Shown here: one piece after another, positions 32,870 to 36,481 of the stretch
How the letters are laid out: each line of letters begins with the position of its first letter
Position numbering within the stretch: position 1 is the stretch's first letter
Assembly (NCBI GenBank): GCA_040877645.1
Contig: JBBDNI010000007.1
Coordinates: 1-36,481, forward strand
Direction of reading: 5' to 3'
Source: Chloroflexota bacterium
Lineage (GTDB): Bacteria; Chloroflexota; Limnocylindria; QHBO01
DNA: 36,481 bases
The notes under the pieces: model-generated
The model's input: the letters and a program-made list of their open reading frames with translations, nothing else
What the model was told of the DNA's origin: nothing
The model's database searches: none
Position numbers and translations under genes: made by a program

Positions 32870-34516
32870 CTAAGAGCCCGGCGTGGGCGACGGCGTCGGG
32901 GGCTCCGGGGTCGGAGGCTCCGGGGTCGGGCTTGCCGTCGGCTCGGGCGTCGGCGATGGGCTGGGCGAGGGCGTTGGTCCGCTCGAGAGGACCAGGTCCA
33001 CCTGGCTCCCCACGCCAACCTCCACGCCTGCGCTGGGATTGGTGCTGATCACGTCCCCGGCTGGCCGGTCCGACGCCTCGTGAGTGACCAGGCCCAGCTC
33101 CAGGCCGTTCGACTGCAGGGTGGCGGTGGCCTCCGCACGGGTCTGCCCGATCAGCACCGGCACGGCAACCTGCTCCTCGCCGGAGCTGACCACGACCTCG
33201 ACCCTGTCGCCCGGCTCGAGGGGCGTGCCCTCCTCCGGGGACGTGCGGATGACGCGGTCGACGGGAACGGTGTCGCTCGGCTCGGGGTCCAGCTCCACGA
33301 GGTCGATGCCAAGGCGATCTGCGTCTAACCGGACCCCGGCGATCGGGTCACCGACCCAGTCCGGAACGGTCAGCCCGCTCGGCGTCGGCGTCGCCGAGGC
33401 ATTCGGCCCGAGGCCGCCGAGCACTTGCGCTCCGAGGAAGCCGATGGTCGCGAGCAGCACAATGGCCAGCACCGCCAGCAGCCAGATCCACCACGGCTGC
33501 CCCTCGCTGCGCTCTGGTTCGTATCGCTGCACCGGCCGGCGCGGCGGCCCGCCGCCCGGGCCAGCTGGCGGCATGCCGGAGATTGCCGCCCGGTCGGACG
33601 GGAGGGTGACGCGCGGCGGAACGTAAACGGTCGGCTCGCCGGCAGGTGGAACGGGGGCTGCCACGACCGCCGGCGCACCCGCACCGGGCGCGTCTGGATC
33701 GCGCTGCCAGACGCGCAGCGCCTCGGCAAAGGCACCGGCATCGGGGTAGCGGTCGGCGGGTTCGCGCTCCAGGGCGCGCATGACGATGGCGGACAGGCCG
33801 GGCGGCACCGCACCGTGGGCGGTGGGCGGCAGCGGGTCCACGGTCAGGCGCTTGAGCGCCACGCCGGCCGCCGAGTCGCCCTCGAACGGCCGTCTCCCGG
33901 TGAGCATCTCGTACAGGACGATGCCGAGTGCGTACACGTCGGACTGGCCGGTCACCTCATCGCCGCGAGCCTGCTCCGGGCTGAAGTAGTGCACCGATCC
34001 GAGTGTGGTGCCGGTGACCGTCATCGACGCCTCGCTGACGGCCCGCGCGATGCCGAAGTCGGTCACCTTCACGTCGTGATCGATCAGGATGTTCCCCGGC
34101 TTCACATCGCGGTGGACGATCCCGCGCCGATGGGCCGCCTCGAGGGCGGCGGCCACGCCGAGCGCGATCCGCACGGCGTCATCGATCTCGATGTGCCCGC
34201 GCTGCTGCAGCAGAGCGGCCAGGTCGTCGCCGTCGATCAGCTGCATGACGATGAACTGGCCGCCGGTCTCCGCATCGGTCCCGTAGTCGTAGACCGACAC
34301 GATGTTCGGGTGCGAAAGCGATCCCGCCGAGCGAGCCTCCTGCTTGAAACGGGCGGCGAAGCCGGCATCGCTGCTGAACTGGGGTCGGAGGAGCTTGACG
34401 GCCACCTCGCGGTCGAGCTGCTCGTCCATGGCGCGCCACAGGGTGGCCATCCCGCCCTCGCCCAGAGGTGCGATGACCCGATAACGACCGCCTATCAGCC
34501 GGCCAATCATCTCCAC
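32870..34516 (-). CDS. Ser/Thr protein kinase with one TM helix and two extracellular PASTA domains (PknB-like)
   Basis: GEGGMATLWRA, HRDVKPGNIL, DFGIAR. TM helix WWIWLLAVLAIVLLATIGFLGA. Two ~65-aa PASTA-like repeats, each ending SSG. Start is GTG 34516 or ATG 34510. Confidence 0.9.
   Translation of the reverse strand: MEMIGRLIGGRYRVIAPLGEGGMATLWRAMDEQLDREVAVKLLRPQFSSDAGFAARFKQEARSAGSLSHPNIVSVYDYGTDAETGGQFIVMQLIDGDDLAALLQQRGHIEIDDAVRIALGVAAALEAAHRRGIVHRDVKPGNILIDHDVKVTDFGIARAVSEASMTVTGTTLGSVHYFSPEQARGDEVTGQSDVYALGIVLYEMLTGRRPFEGDSAAGVALKRLTVDPLPPTAHGAVPPGLSAIVMRALEREPADRYPDAGAFAEALRVWQRDPDAPGAGAPAVVAAPVPPAGEPTVYVPPRVTLPSDRAAISGMPPAGPGGGPPRRPVQRYEPERSEGQPWWIWLLAVLAIVLLATIGFLGAQVLGGLGPNASATPTPSGLTVPDWVGDPIAGVRLDADRLGIDLVELDPEPSDTVPVDRVIRTSPEEGTPLEPGDRVEVVVSSGEEQVAVPVLIGQTRAEATATLQSNGLELGLVTHEASDRPAGDVISTNPSAGVEVGVGSQVDLVLSSGPTPSPSPSPTPEPTASPTPEPPTPEPPTPSPTPGS
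32901..32930. repeat. 15-bp tandem duplication inside the kinase 3' end
   Basis: GGCTCCGGGGTCGGA / GGCTCCGGGGTCGGG encode the repeated PEPPT units of the Pro/Thr/Ser-rich C-terminal tail. Confidence 0.8.
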
Positions 34517-34522
34517 AGCGGG

Positions 34523-35395
34523 CTAGTCTCGCAGGTCGAGGCCGCGGACGTGGGTGCGAACCTCGTCGGCGTCGTCGGAGTTGAGCGCCATGGCGATGTT
34601 GGCCTTCAGCCAGCCGAGCCGGGTGCCGGCGTCGTGTCGCACGCCCTCGAACTGGTAGCCGAAGACCGGCTGCTCGGCGGTCAGCGCACGGATGGCGTCG
34701 GTCAGCTGGATCTCGCCGCCGGCGCCGCGTTGCGTGGTCTCCAGCTTGTCGAAGATCCTGGGGCTCAGGATGTAGCGTCCCAGCACCCCCAGGTCGGATG
34801 GTGCATCCTCGACCGACGGCTTCTCGACCAGGTCATCGATCTCGACCAGGCGGCCCTCCTGGTGGAGCGGAACCACGATCCCGTAGCGGTCGACGTCGTT
34901 ACGTGGCACCTGCTGGACGGCGATCATCGAGCCGCGGTGGGCGTGGTACTGCTCGATCAGCTGCGCGGTCACCGGCTTGCCGCCGGGGTTGAGCATCACA
35001 TCGTCGGAGAGGAGGACCGCGAATGGCTCGTCGCCGACCAGCTCCTTGGCCATCAGCACCGCGTGCCCCAGGCCGAGCTGCTCCTTCTGGTGGACGAAGG
35101 CGATGGGGCCAACCTCCGAGATGCGCCGGATCGCGCGCAGCATCTCGATGTCGCCGCGCTCCTCCAGCCATCGCTCGAGCGCCGGATGCGAGTCGAAATG
35201 CTCCTCGATCGAGCTGCGACCGCTGGCGATGACGATGATGATCTGCTCGATGCCGGAGGCGACCGCCTCCTCGACCGCGTACTGGATGATCGGTCGATCG
35301 ACCAGCGGGATCATCTCCTTGGGGATGGCCTTGGTCGCTGGCAGGAAGCGAGTGCCGAATCCGGCGGCCGGCAGCACGGCCTTTCTGACGCGCAC
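34523..35395 (-). CDS. galU: UTP--glucose-1-phosphate uridylyltransferase
   Basis: KAVLPAAGFGTRFLPATKAIPKEM. GTG 35395 lies downstream of GGAGA; the upstream tracked codons are Arg/Ser-rich. Confidence 0.9.
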   Translation of the reverse strand: MRVRKAVLPAAGFGTRFLPATKAIPKEMIPLVDRPIIQYAVEEAVASGIEQIIIVIASGRSSIEEHFDSHPALERWLEERGDIEMLRAIRRISEVGPIAFVHQKEQLGLGHAVLMAKELVGDEPFAVLLSDDVMLNPGGKPVTAQLIEQYHAHRGSMIAVQQVPRNDVDRYGIVVPLHQEGRLVEIDDLVEKPSVEDAPSDLGVLGRYILSPRIFDKLETTQRGAGGEIQLTDAIRALTAEQPVFGYQFEGVRHDAGTRLGWLKANIAMALNSDDADEVRTHVRGLDLRD

Positions 35396-35561
35396 GGTGA
35401 TGGGGTATCTCCTGGAGCGTGTTCCTTCGCAGCCGCGCGGGCGGGGACTCAGGCTGCGCCGATGCGAGGATGCCTCACGGGGAGAGGAGTATAGCGAAGC
35501 ACCGCCCGAGCGCCGACGGGTCCGATAGGCCAGTGGCGCCAACCGGCACGGTCGCCGACGC

Positions 35562-35567
35562 TACAAT
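35562..35567 (+). promoter_or_regulatory. candidate -10 box TACAAT giving a near-leaderless transcript
   Basis: TACAAT ends 9 nt before ATG 35577. There is no SD between them and no convincing -35. Confidence 0.3.
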
Positions 35568-35576
35568 CGCCACCCG

Positions 35577-36044
35577 ATGATCAAGTCCCTGGTACGCACC
35601 CTCAGGGGTCCCAGCCGCGACCCGCGCATGGCCTACATCAGCCGTCCCATGCCCCGCGATCTGCCTGACGAGCTGGTGATCGCCGCCCTCGAGATCGCGT
35701 TGGCCGGCAACCCCAACCCCGACGACCTGGTGGAGACGCTGCCGCCCGCCCTGCGCCAGGTGACCGGCCGCGACTTCTCGGTCATGGACCGATCGACGAG
35801 CGACGTGACTGGTGCCTTCCGCACGTCGCAGGTCATGATCCGCGACGGCGAGGTCGGGCTCTGGCCGGGCTACGCGGCCCGCGCCTATCCGCTGCTCGCT
35901 CCCAGCAGGGCGTCCGAGAAGGCCCGCGCTGCGATCATGGCGGCGGAGACCGGTGCCCCGGACGTCGCCTCGCCCACCAACCCGGCCGGCAAGCCAGGCT
36001 GGGCCCCGCCGCCGCCGATCGAGCGAGTGGACGAGGGCGCCTAG
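35577..36044 (+). CDS. hypothetical protein (155 aa)
   Basis: High GC3 and a normal amino-acid composition, unlike the Arg/Gly/His-rich 272-aa antisense ORF 35475..36293. No family recognised. Confidence 0.6.
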   Translation: MIKSLVRTLRGPSRDPRMAYISRPMPRDLPDELVIAALEIALAGNPNPDDLVETLPPALRQVTGRDFSVMDRSTSDVTGAFRTSQVMIRDGEVGLWPGYAARAYPLLAPSRASEKARAAIMAAETGAPDVASPTNPAGKPGWAPPPPIERVDEGA

Positions 36045-36059
36045 TTGGGGCGCCAGAAC

Positions 36060-36224
36060 GTGCCGCGCGACCAGTGGCTGGAGCGCGGGGCCGAGTGTCC
36101 GCACTGCGGAGAGCAGGTCAGCGAGGAGAACGTCTACTCGTGGCGCGGGGAACCCGACGACCCCAAGCTCCTCCTCCTCTACTGCCCCGACTGCGGCGAT
36201 CGGGTCGAGATCAATCACGTCTAA
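36060..36224 (+). CDS. small zinc-ribbon protein (54 aa; 59 aa if TTG 36045 is used), not in the ORF track
   Basis: My own translation: VPRDQWLERGAECPHCGEQVSEENVYSWRGEPDDPKLLLLYCPDCGDRVEINHV*. Two CPxCG knuckles and high GC3. It begins directly after the stop of the upstream gene. Confidence 0.5.
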   Translation: MPRDQWLERGAECPHCGEQVSEENVYSWRGEPDDPKLLLLYCPDCGDRVEINHV

Positions 36225-36257
36225 CGGTCGCGCAGGCGGAGGCGCGGTGGATCTGCC

Positions 36258-36481
36258 ATGAGAATGCCGGCCATTCTCGAGCCACTCCGGCACCGTGACT
36301 TCCGGCTCCTCTGGATCGGGCAGACCTCTTCGCGATTAGGTGACTCGGCGTATGCAGTGGCTCTGCCGCTCCAGGTGCTGGCGATCGGCGGGGGGGCGCT
36401 CGAACTTGGGATCGTCTTCTCCTTGAGCAGCGTCTCGCGCATCGCGCTGCTGCTGGTTGGCGGCTCCGTGGTCGATCGGCT
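36258..36481 (+). CDS. MFS transporter, 3'-truncated by the window edge
   Basis: My own translation: MRMPAILEPLRHRDFRLLWIGQTSSRLGDSAYAVALPLQVLAIGGGALELGIVFSLSSVSRIALLLVGGSVVDR. This is a typical MFS N-terminus. The frame is open to the window end. Confidence 0.75.
   Translation, partial: MRMPAILEPLRHRDFRLLWIGQTSSRLGDSAYAVALPLQVLAIGGGALELGIVFSLSSVSRIALLLVGGSVVDR

Noticed and set aside
36074-36298. 74-aa plus-strand ORF and the 272-aa minus-strand ORF 35475..36293
   Set aside because: Both are Arg/Gly-rich without motifs. The same DNA is better explained by the 155-aa gene, the CPxCG zinc-ribbon ORF and the MFS start, all of which show high GC3 and sensible composition.
1-36481. Search for tRNA/rRNA genes, CRISPR arrays, IS elements, integrases, phage genes or defence systems
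   Set aside because: By eye I found no T-loop/acceptor-like signatures in intergenic DNA. I found no regularly spaced direct repeats, no transposase, integrase or recombinase motifs, and no terminal inverted repeats flanking the island. The accessory character of 2.9-24.7 kb is inferred from gene content only.

Overview
GC-rich bacterial chromosomal segment with very strong GC3 bias and GGAGG-type ribosome-binding sites. Gene content suggests a high-GC Gram-positive-type lineage (Actinomycetota- or Chloroflexota-like), but the sequence alone cannot resolve this. I call about 35 protein genes. I saw no rRNA, tRNA, CRISPR array, transposase or integrase. About 2.9-24.7 kb is a dense amine/amino-alcohol catabolic island. 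It holds two paralogous ~815-aa FAD-oxidase + GcvT (dimethylglycine-oxidase-like) enzymes, each next to a LicA-type choline/ethanolamine-kinase-like gene. It also holds a Pol-beta-fold nucleotidyltransferase, a metallophosphoesterase, and several APC-superfamily permeases. A six-gene minus-strand operon completes it: permease, glutamine-synthetase-like, SDR, lipoprotein, membrane alkaline-phosphatase-superfamily enzyme, aldehyde dehydrogenase. A convergent PuuD-like gamma-glutamyl amidase faces this operon. A NudB-like Nudix gene in the island is broken by a frameshift. The right third is housekeeping: L25/Ctc; an OmpR-type response regulator + histidine kinase + HtrA-like protease; folC-folP-folB led by an uncharacterised 12-cysteine protein; trxA; a two-PASTA Ser/Thr kinase; galU; two small unknowns including an untracked zinc-ribbon ORF; and a 3'-truncated MFS gene. 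The best candidate for something undescribed is the pairing of kinase and N-demethylating oxidase modules with a gamma-glutamylation module. I read this as a non-eut route from N-methylated or phosphorylated ethanolamines to glycine. That reading is inference from motifs and gene order only. Many long ORFs in the track are antisense shadows typical of high-GC DNA and were discarded.
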